Below are positions 38,074 through 49,663 of a DNA stretch of 64,000 nucleotides, in pieces. Each line of letters opens with the position of its first letter. The first letter of the stretch is position 1. The notes beneath the pieces were generated by a model. That model did no database searches, had not been told where the DNA came from, and worked only from the letters and a program-made list of their open reading frames with translations. Source of the DNA: Macrostomum lignano (Eukaryota); NCBI GenBank assembly GCA_002269645.1, contig NIVC01001928.1:822-64821 (forward strand), written 5' to 3'. A program made the translations under genes and the position numbers.

Positions 38074-38899
38074 TCTACCTCACGCCGACATCAGTGTGAC
38101 TAGAAAGAGCGATCTTTATGTACTCTGGACGATTCGTGCTTTTGAAAGGTTTTGTCAGCTAATAAGCTGACGAGGTAATATGCAATTTATACTCATGCCG
38201 TTTACCCTTAAATCGCAGCCTATTAGAAATATCCCAGGCATTTTTTCTAAACATCGGCATTCTAGTTTTTCATCACTTTTCATCCAACGCGATACGAGTT
38301 TTATTCACGTGCATTTTTTGTTAAAAAAATTCCAATAATTTACATCCCTGAAAATATGCAATAGCCCTCGCATTTTGTTGGAAAAGCTTTTCTATATTTT
38401 TATCCTGATTTTTTGCTTTTTATCCAGCCTTTCCTGTATGTATCTTAATAGTACAGAAATTTTGTACTCTCGATTTATGCTACTGTAAGTAGCGCAGTGC
38501 ATTAATTCTGGCTCTAGGCGTTTGACCGCAGGCCAGAATGCAACAATTAATCGTATTACGAAACTATTTTAAGTTTGCAATCGACTTAAGCCGCTCAGTT
38601 TTACAAACTTTTCCAAACTCTCTATACTTTGTCCATTTTAGTTTAGAAAGGTTTTAGTAACAAGTAAATTTTTGTTACAGAAACCGAGCCTTTCGCTTTG
38701 GCATTGTATAATAATTGTACAATATTAACAAGCAAGCAGTGTTTCCAGATTATAAATAATTTGATGATTTTGTATCTCAAAAACTATTGAATTTCATAAT
38801 TTCAACTGACATACATGTACTGACACTGACATAAATTACCCTTATCCAGACCATCTGTTAGCTGCCAGCTCTTGCACCAGTACATGGGGGGTTGTCCCA

Positions 38900-39030
38900 G
38901 TCTCCCAGTCCACCTGGGGCTGTCACCCCTCCCCAGTCCACCTGGGGCTGTCACCCCTCCCCAGTCCACCTGGGGCTGTCACCCCTCCCCAGTCCACCTG
39001 GGGCTGTCACCCCTCCCCAGTCCATCTGTG
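38900..39030. repeat. 28-bp minisatellite (CAGTCCACCTGGGGCTGTCACCCCTCCC)
   Basis: ~4 copies. Confidence 0.85.
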
Positions 39031-39109
39031 GGCTGTCATCTCCCCCCCCCTAGCGGAATGGGCGGCACTCGCCTCCCCGCTGCGTCTTCGGGCTGCCTTG
39101 CAGTTGTCA

Positions 39110-39795
39110 TCTCTCCCCCAATCCATCTGTGGGCTGTCACCTCTCCTTCAGTCGATCTGTGGGCTGTCGCCTCTCCTTCAGTCGATCTGTGGGCTGTCGC
39201 CTCTCCTTCAGTCGATCTGTGGGCTGTCGCCTCTCCTTCAGTCGATCTGTGGGCTGTCGCCTCTCCTTCAGTCGATCTGTGGGCTGTCGCCTCTCCTTCA
39301 GTCGATCTGTGGGCTGTCGCCTCTCCCCCAATCCATCTGTGGGCTGTCGCCTCTCCTTCAGTCGATCTGTGGGCTGTCACCTCTCCTTCAGTCGATCTGT
39401 GGGCTGTCGCCTCTCCTTCAGTCGATCTGTGGGCTGTCGCCTCTCCTTCAGTCGATCTGTGGGCTGTCGCCTCTCCTTCAGTCGATCTGTGGGCTGTCGC
39501 CTCTCCTTCAGTCGATCTGTGGGCTGTCGCCTCTCCCCCAATCCATCTGTGGGCTGTCGCCTCTCCTTCAGTCGATCTGTGGGCTGTCGCCTCTCCTTCA
39601 GTCGATCTGTGGGCTGTCGCCTCTCCTTCAGTCGATCTGTGGGCTGTCGCCTCTCCTTCAGTCGATCTGTGGGCTGTCGCCTCTCCTTCAGTCGATCTGT
39701 GGGCTGTCGCCTCTCCTTCAGTCGATCTGTGGGCTGTCGCCTCTCCTTCAGTCGATCTGTGGGCTGTCACCTCTCCCCCAATCCATCTGTGGGCT
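39110..39795. repeat. 30-bp minisatellite (CTCTCCTTCAGTCGATCTGTGGGCTGTCGC) with periodic variant unit
   Basis: ~23 copies; the CCCCCAATCCATC variant occurs near 39115, 39325, 39535 and 39775. Confidence 0.95.
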
Positions 39796-40919
39796 GCACT
39801 GGGTGCACTGGTTATATGATACAAGGTGCCGAGGCGCTTTTGTTGTGAAAAATTGTCATAGCAGCTCAAGCCGATTACCTATGCATCGGGCGATAAATAA
39901 ATGAGTTCTTGTCGAAAAAATAAACTCTTATTACGTAATGCATAGTTATTAAAGACCACGATGAACAGAGAAAATTAGGGATTAATAAATAGCCACTGCC
40001 ATAGATGTGCCGATACGATTATATTGTCATTCAGCGCACAGGCAGTGACAGAGGTCTCAGTTGAGCAAACAGCCAGCCGCTAAAATGGCCGGAATTCGAT
40101 ACAAAAAACTGAGTAAAAACTTTTGCAGTTATAAAAAACTGCTCACAGCAAAAGCCTCAATTAAGGAAGAAGGATTTGAGAAGTAAATCTTAATACAAAA
40201 ATATACAATACTTAACTATGTTTGCAATGTTTCTGTCATGATTGTAGCGTACGTGTAAATATATTCAGTATTCAGTATGGCGACCCAGCATCTCTCAAAA
40301 CTAAATTTGGCATTAAAATGCGTAAAAAGGCAGAAAAGTATGGCAATGAAAAAACGCGAAGCGAAGAACAATGCAACATGACAGAAACTAAAGATTTGAA
40401 TCACGGAATCGGCACCCGCTGTTAAATATTTATAAATAGAAAATCTCTTTAAACAGTAGTAATTTCGGTCGCGCTTTAAAATGGGTCACAATTTTCTAAA
40501 GCAGTCTACTCACAGTAGAGTTATTAGGATGAAATTGTGAGATTATGTATGTGAATAAAAATTCTACGTAATTCACGTTTTAAAAATGGGAATTCCGTAC
40601 TGTATTTGTACTAGTTCGACACCCCGCCCTTTGTGACGGATGTGACGCGGAAATGCCAGAAAATAAAGCAAATATTTGGCGGATTTAAACAAGTGATAAG
40701 CTAACAGTCTAAAGCTTGTAAGCAGTTAGCAGGCCTGTAAATAAACTTACGGAAGCACAGCAGTCATATAAAGTAGTAGCTGTTTCAAACAGACTACAAT
40801 AGCTGATAAACATAAATAAAATAAAATTGCATTAGTACAAAGGAATATCGAAAGTTATTAAAGAATAGCGAATAGCAATGCCGTATTGCAGTATAGTGCA
40901 GCTTCATACGGGTAGCAAA

Positions 40920-41069
40920 TTACACGAGTGTCTGGTGAGTGGAAAACCGACTGTGGGGCTGTCTTGGAGGCGGAACCGGAGGCTGCCAATGCTGCTGCTG
41001 CAGTCGGTGCTGGTTTTGGTACAGGGGCTGCTGCGGCTGATGCTGTGGGACATGCGGCTGAGGACCTCT
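40920..41069 (-). CDS. EPB41L4A: EPB41L4A-like, terminal exon (RGPQPHVPQ...STHQTLV*)
   Basis: ctatctttcag acceptor, phase 0, Q/P-rich, TAA at 40920-40922. Confidence 0.7.
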   Translation of the reverse strand, partial: RGPQPHVPQHQPQQPLYQNQHRLQQQHWQPPVPPPRQPHSRFSTHQTLV

Positions 41070-41129
41070 CTGAAAGATAGAAAGTAAAACGCTGCTTAAC
41101 CTGCAGTGCGGTACTGAGGGCGTTTTCGG

Positions 41130-42000
41130 CTGGTGGGTGTTGGCTGTGGGGTAGTGGGTGCTGGCTGTGGGGTGGTGGGTGCTGGCTGTAGGGTGGTGGG
41201 TGCTGGCTGTGGGGTGGTGGGTGCTGGCTGTAGGGTGGTGGGTGCTGGCTGTGGGGTGGTGGGTGCTGGCTGTAGGGTGGTGGGTGCTGGTTGTGGGGCG
41301 GTGGGTGCTGGCTGTGGGGTGGTGGGTGCTGGCTGTAGGGTGGTGGGTGCTGGCTGTAGGGTGGTGGGTGCTGGCTGTAGGGTGGTGGGTGCTGGCTGTG
41401 GGGTGGTGGGTGCTGGCTTTAGGGTGGTGGGTGCTGGCTGTGGGGCGGTGGGTGCTGGCTGTGGGGCGGTGGGTGCTGGCTTTAGGGTGGTGGGTGCTGG
41501 CTGTGGGGCGGTGGGTGCTGGCTGTGGGGTGGTGGGTGCTGGCTGTGCATGGGGCAGTGGGTACTGGCTGTGGGGTGGTGGGTGTTGGCTGTGGGTTGCT
41601 GGGTGCTGGTCATGGGTTGCTGGATGCTGGTCATGGGTTGCTGGGTGCTGGCTATGGGTTGCTGGGTGCTGTCTATGGGTTTCTGGGTGCTGGTCATGGG
41701 TTGCTGGGTGCTGTCTATGGGTTTCTGGGTGCTGGTCATGGGTTGCTGGGTGCTGTCTATGGGTTTCTGGGTGCTGGTCATGGGTTGCTGGATGCTGATC
41801 ATGGGTTTCTGGGTGCTGTCTAAGGGTTGCTAGTGCTGGCTATGGGTTGCTGGGTGCTGGCTATGGGTTGCTGGGTGCTGTCTATGGGTTGCTGGGTGCT
41901 GGCTATGGGTTGCTGGGTGCTGTCTATGGGTTGCTGGGTGCTGTCTATGGGTTGCTGGGTGCTGTCTATGGGTTGCTGGGTGCTATGGGCTGCTGGCTGT
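41130..42000. repeat. G/T-rich ~21-bp minisatellites (GGTGGGTGCTGGCTGTGGGGT grading into GGGTTGCTGGGTGCTGTCTAT)
   Basis: Directly visible; intronic. Confidence 0.93.
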
Positions 42001-42519
42001 GGGGTGGGTGTTAGCTGCGGTCAAGGTTTCCGAATAAGTGTAAAATATGCAACAGGTAACCTGCTATTTGTAAACATAAAAAGCTCATTCAGCAAAATTG
42101 ATAAAATTAATAAAATCTTAAGACTTCTACAACTTTGCTTAACTTGAGGCTTACGAAAATTCAACAAAATCTAATACGGCTTTAAAATGTCTAAAAACTG
42201 CTACACACTAACTTGATAGTCGCATAAAAATCATAGAAAAATCTCAAATTAGTAAGTCAGCAATGATCTCGAACAATTCCTTCGTTTTTTAGAAACGAGA
42301 GCGAGCAATGTAGGAATGCTGCTATGATGCAGTGCATACTGCAGGCTCTGGTAACTCAATTACCATTAAAATCAGTCCTGAAAAAGTTTCAGAGTAAGGT
42401 TTAGGAGATTTCACTTTTCTTCTTCTGACAGATGCCTCATCTTTCTGACACCCAACATGCAACAGTGGGTTGCCGACAGAAGTTGCTGGGTTGTCAGAAT
42501 TATTCTGACAACCACCGTA

Positions 42520-42900
42520 GTCTAATGACACCCATATTAGTCTAATGACTCAAATAGTAGTCTAATTACACTATAAGATTAGCCTAATGACACCCATATT
42601 AGTCTAACAGTACCTATATTAGTCTAAAAACACTTTTATTACTCTAATGACACCCAGATTGGTCTAATGACACTATAAGATTAGTCTAATGACACCCAGA
42701 TTGGTCTAATAACACCCATATTACTCTAATGACACCCATATTAGTCTAATGACACCCAGATTGGTCTAATAACACCCATATTACTCTAATGACACCCATA
42801 TTAGTCTAATGACACCCAGATTAGTCTGACACCTATATTAGTCTAAAAATACCCATATTATTCTAACGATACCAAGATAAGTCTAATGAGACAGCTAGAT
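42520..42900. repeat. Degenerate ~20-bp repeat (GTCTAATGACACCCATATTA)
   Basis: Recurring TCTAATGACAC core. Confidence 0.8.
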
Positions 42901-43049
42901 TAGTCTAATGACATCCAACATTGGTTTAATGACAGCCACATAAGTTATCCTGACTCCCGCGTGGACCAACAGACACGGGAACAGGTATATAGTATTTGAG
43001 AACACGCATGTCAGACTTTCTGGGTTGTTAAAAAATGAGCCAGCCTCAC

Positions 43050-43149
43050 CAGCGGCTGGTAGCGCCTGTTGGGGTCGGTTTCTGTGTCTGACACGGCCGC
43101 CTGGTAGCTGTTGTTGTGCGAGTGCCTGTAGTTGCCGCCGCTGGGTGGC
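43050..43149 (-). CDS. EPB41L4A: EPB41L4A-like exon (PPSGGNYRHSHNNSYQAAVSDTETDPNRRYQPL)
   Basis: ttccgcag acceptor (phase 2), CTG|GTGAGG donor (phase 0). Confidence 0.75.
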
Positions 43150-43194
43150 CTGCGGAATTAACAAAGAATTCCCCATTGGATTGTGAACTTGAAA

Positions 43195-43545
43195 CTGTGA
43201 ACAGCCAGGATCACAGTGTGAAATCGGCAATGTGAACAGCCAGGATCACAGTGTGAAATCGGCAATGTGAACAGCCAGGATCACAGTGTGAAATCGGCAA
43301 TGTGAACAGCCAGGATCACAGTGTGAAATCGGCAATGTGAACAGCCAGGATCACAGTGTGAAATCGGCAATGTGAACAGCCAGGATCACAGTGTGAAATC
43401 GGCAATGTGAACAGCCAGGATCACAGTGTGAAATCGGCAATGTGAACAGCCAGGATCACAGTGTGAAATCGGCAATGTGAACAGCCAGGATCACAGTGTG
43501 AAATCGGCAATGTGAACAGCCAGGATCACAGTGTGAAATCGGCAA
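43195..43545. repeat. 35-bp minisatellite (GTGAACAGCCAGGATCACAGTGTGAAATCGGCAAT)
   Basis: ~10 identical copies. Confidence 0.97.
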
Positions 43546-43568
43546 TTCGCAGAACACAGGATGCGCAC

Positions 43569-44060
43569 CCTTCGCTCAGGTAGTCGCCATACAGGGACCA
43601 GCCGGGAGCCGCTGCCCCATGGTCAACTTGGCGCGGCTGCAGTTGCTGGCGGTGGCTCATCGGACTGCGGCCTGCAGCAGCGGCGGCGGCGGCGGCGGCT
43701 GCGGCAACAGCGGCGGCGTCGGCATCAGCGACAGGCCCGGTGCTGTCCTGCGGCACCGGCCCGGAGCTGCGCGGGATGATCTCGGCGCGCGGCGCCGTCA
43801 GTCGCAGCCGGCCCCGACCGGTCTGGGCGTCGTAGTTGACGCGAAGTCCCCGATCAGCTGGCAGCTGGGTGAACTCAATCTGGCGCAGCTGCTCCTGGCT
43901 GAGGCCGCTCGAGTCCACCCGGTCGTGCCGGATGTGGCTGAGCAGGCCGGAGGAGGCCTCGGCCAGGATCGGCCGCCGACTGCGACCCCCGCCGCTGGCC
44001 GCCGCGGAGGAGGCGGAGGCAGCGGGGGCGATGGGGTGGCGACGCCGGGAGCCGGCCTCG
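43569..44060 (-). CDS. EPB41L4A: EPB41L4A-like large C-terminal exon
   Basis: HIRHDRVDSSGLSQEQLRQIEFTQL resembles the EPB41L4A motif [25 protein letters not shown] (recalled); 492 nt, phase 2-2, poly-Ala tract. Confidence 0.82.
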
Positions 44061-44119
44061 CTATTGGGGGAGGGGGAGCGAGGGGGGCGGATTATCGATT
44101 ATTGGCATTAATCCTTGTC

Positions 44120-44800
44120 CATTCCCACTAATCCCTGCCATAGTTATCCCCGGTAATCCCTGTCATAGTTATCCCCACTAATCCCTGCCATAGTTATCCC
44201 CATTAATCCCTGCCATAGTTATCCCCACTAATCCCTGCCATAGTTATCCCCACTAATCCCTGCCATAGTTATCCCCACTAATCCCTGCCATAGTTATCCC
44301 CACTAATCCCTGCCATAGTTATCCTCATTAATCCCTGCCATAGTTATCCCCGGTAATCCCTGCCATAGTTATCCCCGGTAATCCCTGCCATAGTTATCCC
44401 CAATTATCCCTGCCATAGCTATCCCCACTAATCTCTGTCATAGTTATCCCCACTAATCCCTGCCATAGTTATCCCCACTAATCCCTGCCATAGTTATCCT
44501 CATTAATCCCTGCCATAGTTATCCCCGGTAATCCCTGCCATAGTTATCCCCGGTAATCCCTGCCATAGTTATCCCCAATTATCCCTGCCATAGCTATCCC
44601 CACTAATCTCTGTCATAGTTATCCCCACTAATCCCTGCCATAGTTATCCCCATTAATCCCTGCCATAGTTATCCCCACTAATCCCTGCCATAGTTATCCC
44701 CACTAATCCCTGCCATAGTTATCCCCACTAATCCCTGCCATAGTTATCCCCATTAATCCCTGTCATAGTTATCCCCACTAGTCATAGTTATCCCTATTAA
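44120..44800. repeat. 25-bp minisatellite (ATCCCTGCCATAGTTATCCCCACTA)
   Basis: ~27 copies. Confidence 0.95.
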
Positions 44801-45359
44801 TCCTGAGTTCCAAATACCAACAATGCATTTCCCAAAGGCACGAAACCTACTTTAAGTAGTATCAATGAGACTGTGATTGTAATAAAAGAGTAAATTTAAA
44901 TTGCAAGTTCACAGCAAACATTAATATTGAAGATTAGACATGAAACTTTTGAAACGACTGACTCAACAAGAGTAAAGCGCATGGGCTGTACTAATATACC
45001 CAAATGAATTCGTATGGGGAGCATAGTGGCCAAGGTTTAGAAGCCAGCTGCTGGGCACAGAACACACGGGAAGATCAATACCTCGCCCATGCCAGGCTGG
45101 TCAAACAACAGTTACTTAGCAAAATGGAAGCGGCAATGCTGAACTGCTAGTTGAATGGGGTGGTGAATGGCTGTGAAATTTATGGCATTGGCAATTGTTG
45201 AGTTCAGACTGAACTGTAGGGGACAGAGGGGAGCAAGAGATACAAGACAGTAGATGTGTTTGTCTGGTAGATAAAAATGAAAAGAGGAGACAAGATGAGA
45301 GAGGAGTGACAAAAGAGACCAGATAAGAGAAGATGCAGAGAAAAGATGGGACGTAAAAA

Positions 45360-45950
45360 CAGAGGGAGATGAGACGGAGAAGACGGGGAGATGAGACGGA
45401 GAAGACGGGGAGATGAGACGGAGAAGACAGGGAGATGGAGAATACAGTGAGATGGAGAATACAGTGAGATGAGACGGAGAAGACAGGGAGATGGAGAATA
45501 CAGTGAGATGGAGAATACAGTGAGATGAGATGGAGAAGACGGGGAAATGAGACGGAGAAGAGGGAGATGAGACGGAGAAGACAATGAGATGAGACGGAGA
45601 AGACAATGAGATGAGACGGAGAAGACAATGAGATCAGACGGAGAAGACAGGGAGATGAGACGGAGAAGACAGGGAGCAGAGACGGAGAAGACAATGAGAT
45701 AAGATGGAGAAGACAGGGAGATGAGACGGAGAAGACAGGGAGCAGAGACGGAGAAGACAATGAGATGAGATGGAGAAGACAGGGAGATGAGACGGAGAAG
45801 ACAGGGAGCAGAGACGGAGAAGACAGGGAGATAAACGGAGAAGACAATGAGATGAGATGGAGAATACAGTGAGATGGAGAATACAGTGAGATGGAGAATA
45901 CAGTGAGATGAGATGGAGAAGACGGGGAGATGAGATGGAGAAGAGGGAGA
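45360..45950. repeat. Purine-rich degenerate repeat (GAGATGAGACGGAGAAGAC...)
   Basis: Directly visible; intronic. Confidence 0.88.
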
Positions 45951-46177
45951 TGTGACAGACAAAAAGGACAAGGCAGGTTGGATAACTTGATGCTTAATAT
46001 AACAACATGTGATTGGAAATGATTTATTAGCTGAATAACGATTGCAACAAAAAGCAAGAAGTTAAACACACGTCAGTATATTTTAATCAATTGTGACAAC
46101 AGCACTCTAGTGCAGATATAGTTAAAACAAAAACAAGTGGATGAGAATAAGCATGAATTTCGTGTGTAAAGAGCTAC

Positions 46178-46252
46178 CTGGAATCGTAGAGTTCATCCGA
46201 GGTCAGGTGCCGTTTCGAGCGCTGATAATAGCGCTCCCTGACCATGTTGAAT
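46178..46252 (-). CDS. EPB41L4A: EPB41L4A-like exon (FNMVRERYYQRSKRHLTSDELYDS)
   Basis: cccgcgcccag acceptor, CAG|GTAGCT donor, phase 2-2, 75 nt. Confidence 0.7.
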
Positions 46253-46419
46253 CTGGGCGCGGGGGCAATCGTGCAACGGAGGGGTAGCGGAATGCGTCAG
46301 GATTGCTGCACTGCCACCTGTGCTACCGTGCGAGAACCGTGCAGGTACAAGAGAGAAAATGGAAAAGGAAATGGCGACGGAAGACTGATAGAGGAATTGA
46401 TAGAAAGAAGAAGGTGAGG

Positions 46420-47460
46420 AGGACGGGAGAGGCGGAGCCCGCGGAGGGGAGAGGCGGTGAGTAGAGGCAGAGGGGAGAAGCAGAGGGCAGAGGCAGAGGG
46501 GATAGGCAGAGGGGAGAGGCAGAGGGGATAGGCAGAGGGGAGAGGCAGAGGGGAGAGGCAGAGGGGATAGGCAGAGGGGATAGGCAGAGGGGATAGGCAG
46601 AGGGGATAGGCAGAGGGGAGAGGCAGAGAGGAGAGGCAGAGGGGATAGGCAGAGGGGATAGGCAGAGGGAATAGGCAGAGGGGATAGGCAGAGGGGAGAG
46701 GCAGAGGGGAGAGGCAGAGGGGATAGGCAGAGGGGATAGGCAGAGGGGATAGGCAGAGGGGAGAGGCAGAGGGGATAGGCAGAGGGGAGAGGCAGAGGGG
46801 AGAGGCAGAGGGGAGAGGCAGAGGGGATAGGCAGAGGGGATAGGCAGAGGGGATAGGCAGAGGGGATAGGCAGAGGGGATAGGCAGAGAGGAGAGGCAGA
46901 GGGGAGAGGCAGAGGGGATAGGCAGAGAGGAGAGGCAGAGGGGAGAGGCGGAGGGGAGAGGCAGAGGGGAGAGGCGGAGGGGAGAGGCGGAGGGGAGAGG
47001 CGGTGGGGAGAGGCAGAGGGGAGAGGCGGAGGGGAGAGGCGGTGGGGAGAGGCGGTGGGTAGAGGCGGTGGGTAGAGGCAGAAGGGAGAGACGGTGGGGA
47101 GAGGCAGAAGGGAGAGACGGTGGGTAGAGGCAGAAGGGAGAGACGGTGGGTAGAGGCAGAAGGGAGAGACGGTGGGTAGAGGCAGAAGGGAGAGACGGTG
47201 GGTAGAGGCAGAAGGGAGAGACGGTGGGTAGAGGCAGAAGGGAGAGACGGTGGGTAGAGGCAGAAGGGAGAGACGGTGGGTAGAGGCAGAAGGGAGAGAC
47301 GGTGGGTAGAGGCAGAAGGGAGAGACGGTGGGTAGAGGCAGAAGGGAGAGACGGTGGGTAGAGGCAGAGTAAAGAGGCGGACGTGACAGGCGGAGGGGAG
47401 AGACGGTGGGTAGAGGCAGAGTAAAGAGGCGGACGTGACAGGCGGAGGGGAGAGACTGAG
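46420..47460. repeat. G/A-rich 13-bp (GGCAGAGGGGATA) and 26-bp (ACGGTGGGTAGAGGCAGAAGGGAGAG) repeats
   Basis: ~1 kb, strongly purine-rich on the + strand. Confidence 0.93.
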
Positions 47461-47514
47461 ACAGGACTGTCCGCTAACCATGCGGGCAGGCACATGTGTC
47501 CCATTCCCACTCAC

Positions 47515-47568
47515 TTGTTAGTTTTGGTCACGGCCTCCGAGTCTGACATGAACGGGCGGTACGGATCG
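47515..47568 (-). CDS. EPB41L4A: EPB41L4A-like exon (DPYRPFMSDSEAVTKTN)
   Basis: tttcttttcag acceptor, AA|GTGAGT donor; only the phase-2 frame gives a consistent open join. Confidence 0.72.
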
Positions 47569-47681
47569 CTGAAAAGAAAAAAAGACGGTACGGTGCTGCT
47601 AAATAATTGAAGGGCAAACCCATCGAATATCCAAGCGGGGCAGATAAAAATTATTTCGGCTCCCTGCCCGCCTGCACTCAC

Positions 47682-47753
47682 TCGCCATACACCGATGAGG
47701 TACTGGCCACGGGAGCTCTGATGTCACGCATGCTGCGAGTGTCAATGGCCGGT
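47682..47753 (-). CDS. EPB41L4A: EPB41L4A-like exon (PAIDTRSMRDIRAPVASTSSVYG)
   Basis: gcacttcag acceptor, GA|GTGAGT donor, 72 nt. Confidence 0.7.
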
Positions 47754-47789
47754 CTGAAGTGCGAGGGGGCGGGCAATGCGTATCCACAC

Positions 47790-48490
47790 TCATCACTGAG
47801 GCACTGATGCTACTCATCACTGAGGCACTGATGCTACTCATCACTGAGGCACTGATGCTACTCATCACTGAGGCACTGATGCTACTCATCACTGATGCAC
47901 TGATGCTACTCATCACTGAGGCACTGATGCTGCAATACTCATCACTGAGGCACTGATGCTACTCATCACTGAGGCACTGATGCTGCAATACTCATCACTG
48001 AGGCACTGATGCTACTCATCACTGAGGCACTGATGCTGCAATACTCATCACTGAGGCACTGATGCTACTCATCACTGAGGCACTGATGCTGCAATACTCA
48101 TCACTGAGGCACTGATGCTACTCATCACTGAGGCACTGATGCTGCAATACTCATCACTGAGGCACTGATGCTACTCATCACTGAGGCACTGATGCTGCAA
48201 TACTCATCACTGAGGCACTGATGCTACTCATCACTGAGGCACTGATGCTGCAATACTCATCACTGAGGCACTGATGCTACTCATCACTGAGGCACTGATG
48301 CTGCAATACTCATCACTGAGGCACTGATGCTACTCATCACTGAGGCACTGATGCTGCAATACTCATCACTGAGGCACTGATGCTACTCATCACTGAGGCA
48401 CTGATGCTGCAATACTCATCACTGAGGCACTGATGCTACTCATCACTGAGGCACTGATGCTGCAATACTCATCACTGAGGCACTGATGCT
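47790..48490. repeat. 24/29-bp alternating minisatellite (CTCATCACTGAGGCACTGATGCTA / ...GCTGCAATA), 53-bp dimer
   Basis: Strict alternation from ~47910 onward. Confidence 0.95.
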
Positions 48491-48580
48491 ACAATGCTAC
48501 AAAGGTAGCAGACAAAAGTGCGAATATACCTGAATCAATAGCAATCATCAAGCCAATGCCAAGTCAGAATTGTTACTCAC

Positions 48581-48775
48581 CTGTTGCGCATTCTCCGCTG
48601 CTGCTGCTGCAGGTGCAGTTGGTGCTGCGAAGCCTCCTGCTGCCGAGGATCGTGCAGCCACTGGTCTGAGTGTTCGAACTCGCGACGTCTGGGCCGCCGG
48701 TAAGCCGCCGTCTCGGCCGCTTCCGAGCTGGCGGCGTTGCCAGACGCCTGTCGGAATGACGGATCGATGCCCGAG
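48581..48775 (-). CDS. EPB41L4A: EPB41L4A-like exon following the FERM domain (SGIDPSFRQASGN...QQQQRRMRN)
   Basis: cccacccaccgcag acceptor (phase 2), AG|GTGAGT donor; frame fixed by the downstream exons. Confidence 0.68.
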
Positions 48776-48889
48776 CTGCGGTGGGTGGGGCCGAGTTGCA
48801 GATTTTTGTGTCTATTTTTTTCTTCTTTGGTCACTGGGGTCTCTGCTTCTCTGTGCTTTTCAAGCATCTTTTGCAAGCCTGGTCCTTCA

Positions 48890-49500
48890 GGGTGTTGCAG
48901 CCCCCTTTCTTGTGGAACTTCAGGGTGTTGCAGCCCCCTTTCTTGTGGAACTTCAGGGTGTTGCAGCCCCCTTTCTTGTGGAACTTCAGGGCGTTGCAGC
49001 CCCCTTTCTTGTGGAACTTCAGGGCGTTGCAGCCCCCTTTCTTGTGGAACTTCAGGGTGTTGCAGCCCCCTTTCTTGTGGAACTTCAGGGTGTTGCAGCC
49101 CCCTTTCTTGTGGAACTTCAGGGTGTTGCAGCCCCCTTTCTTGTGGAACTTCAGGGTGTTGCAGCCCCCTTTCTTGTGGAACTTCAGGGTGTTGCAGCCC
49201 CCTTTCTTGTGGAACTTCAGGGTGTTGCAGCCCCCTTTCTTGTGGAACTTCAGGGTGTTGCAGCCCCCTTTCTTGTGGAACTTCAGGGTGTTGCAGCCCC
49301 CTTTCTTGTGGAACTTCAGGGTGTTGCAGCCCCCTTTCTTGTGGAACTTCAGGGTGTTGCAGCCCCCTTTCTTGTGGAACTTCAGGGTGTTGCAGCCCCC
49401 TTTCTTGTGGAACTTCAGGGTGTTGCAGCCCCCTTTCTTGTGGAACTTCAGGGTGTTGCAGCCCCCTTTCTTGTGGAACTTCAGGGCGTTGCGGCCCCCT
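48890..49500. repeat. 33-bp minisatellite (CAGGGTGTTGCAGCCCCCTTTCTTGTGGAACTT)
   Basis: ~18 near-identical copies. Confidence 0.97.
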
Positions 49501-49571
49501 TTTCCTGACACTATAGGGCGCTGTCCACCCATTTGACGATCCGAAAATTTTAATTCTCTCAGCAGACTCAC

Positions 49572-49663
49572 CGGAAAAACTCCAGGTGCTCGCAGCAGGT
49601 CTCCCACAGCTCCTGCAGTTGGTGCTTGTCATCAGTGCGAAACTCATGAATGCCGCCCTCCTC
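49572..49663 (-). CDS. EPB41L4A: EPB41L4A-like FERM-C end (EEGGIHEFRTDDKHQLQELWETCCEHLEFFR)
   Basis: LW..C.EH..FFR FERM signature; canonical splice sites. Confidence 0.9.

Noticed and set aside
38872-39904. 240-315 aa repetitive ORFs
   Set aside because: 30-bp minisatellite open in several frames; no splice or homology support.
45112-47514. 250-405 aa Leu/Ser/Pro-rich minus-strand ORFs
   Set aside because: Pyrimidine-only repeat strand lacks stops; the real exons here are short and in a phase-consistent chain.
48581-48747. Alternative frame RLATPPARKR... using the acceptor at 48747
   Set aside because: It ends in phase 1 and leads to a TGA in the 47515-47568 exon, whereas the 48775 acceptor keeps the chain open.
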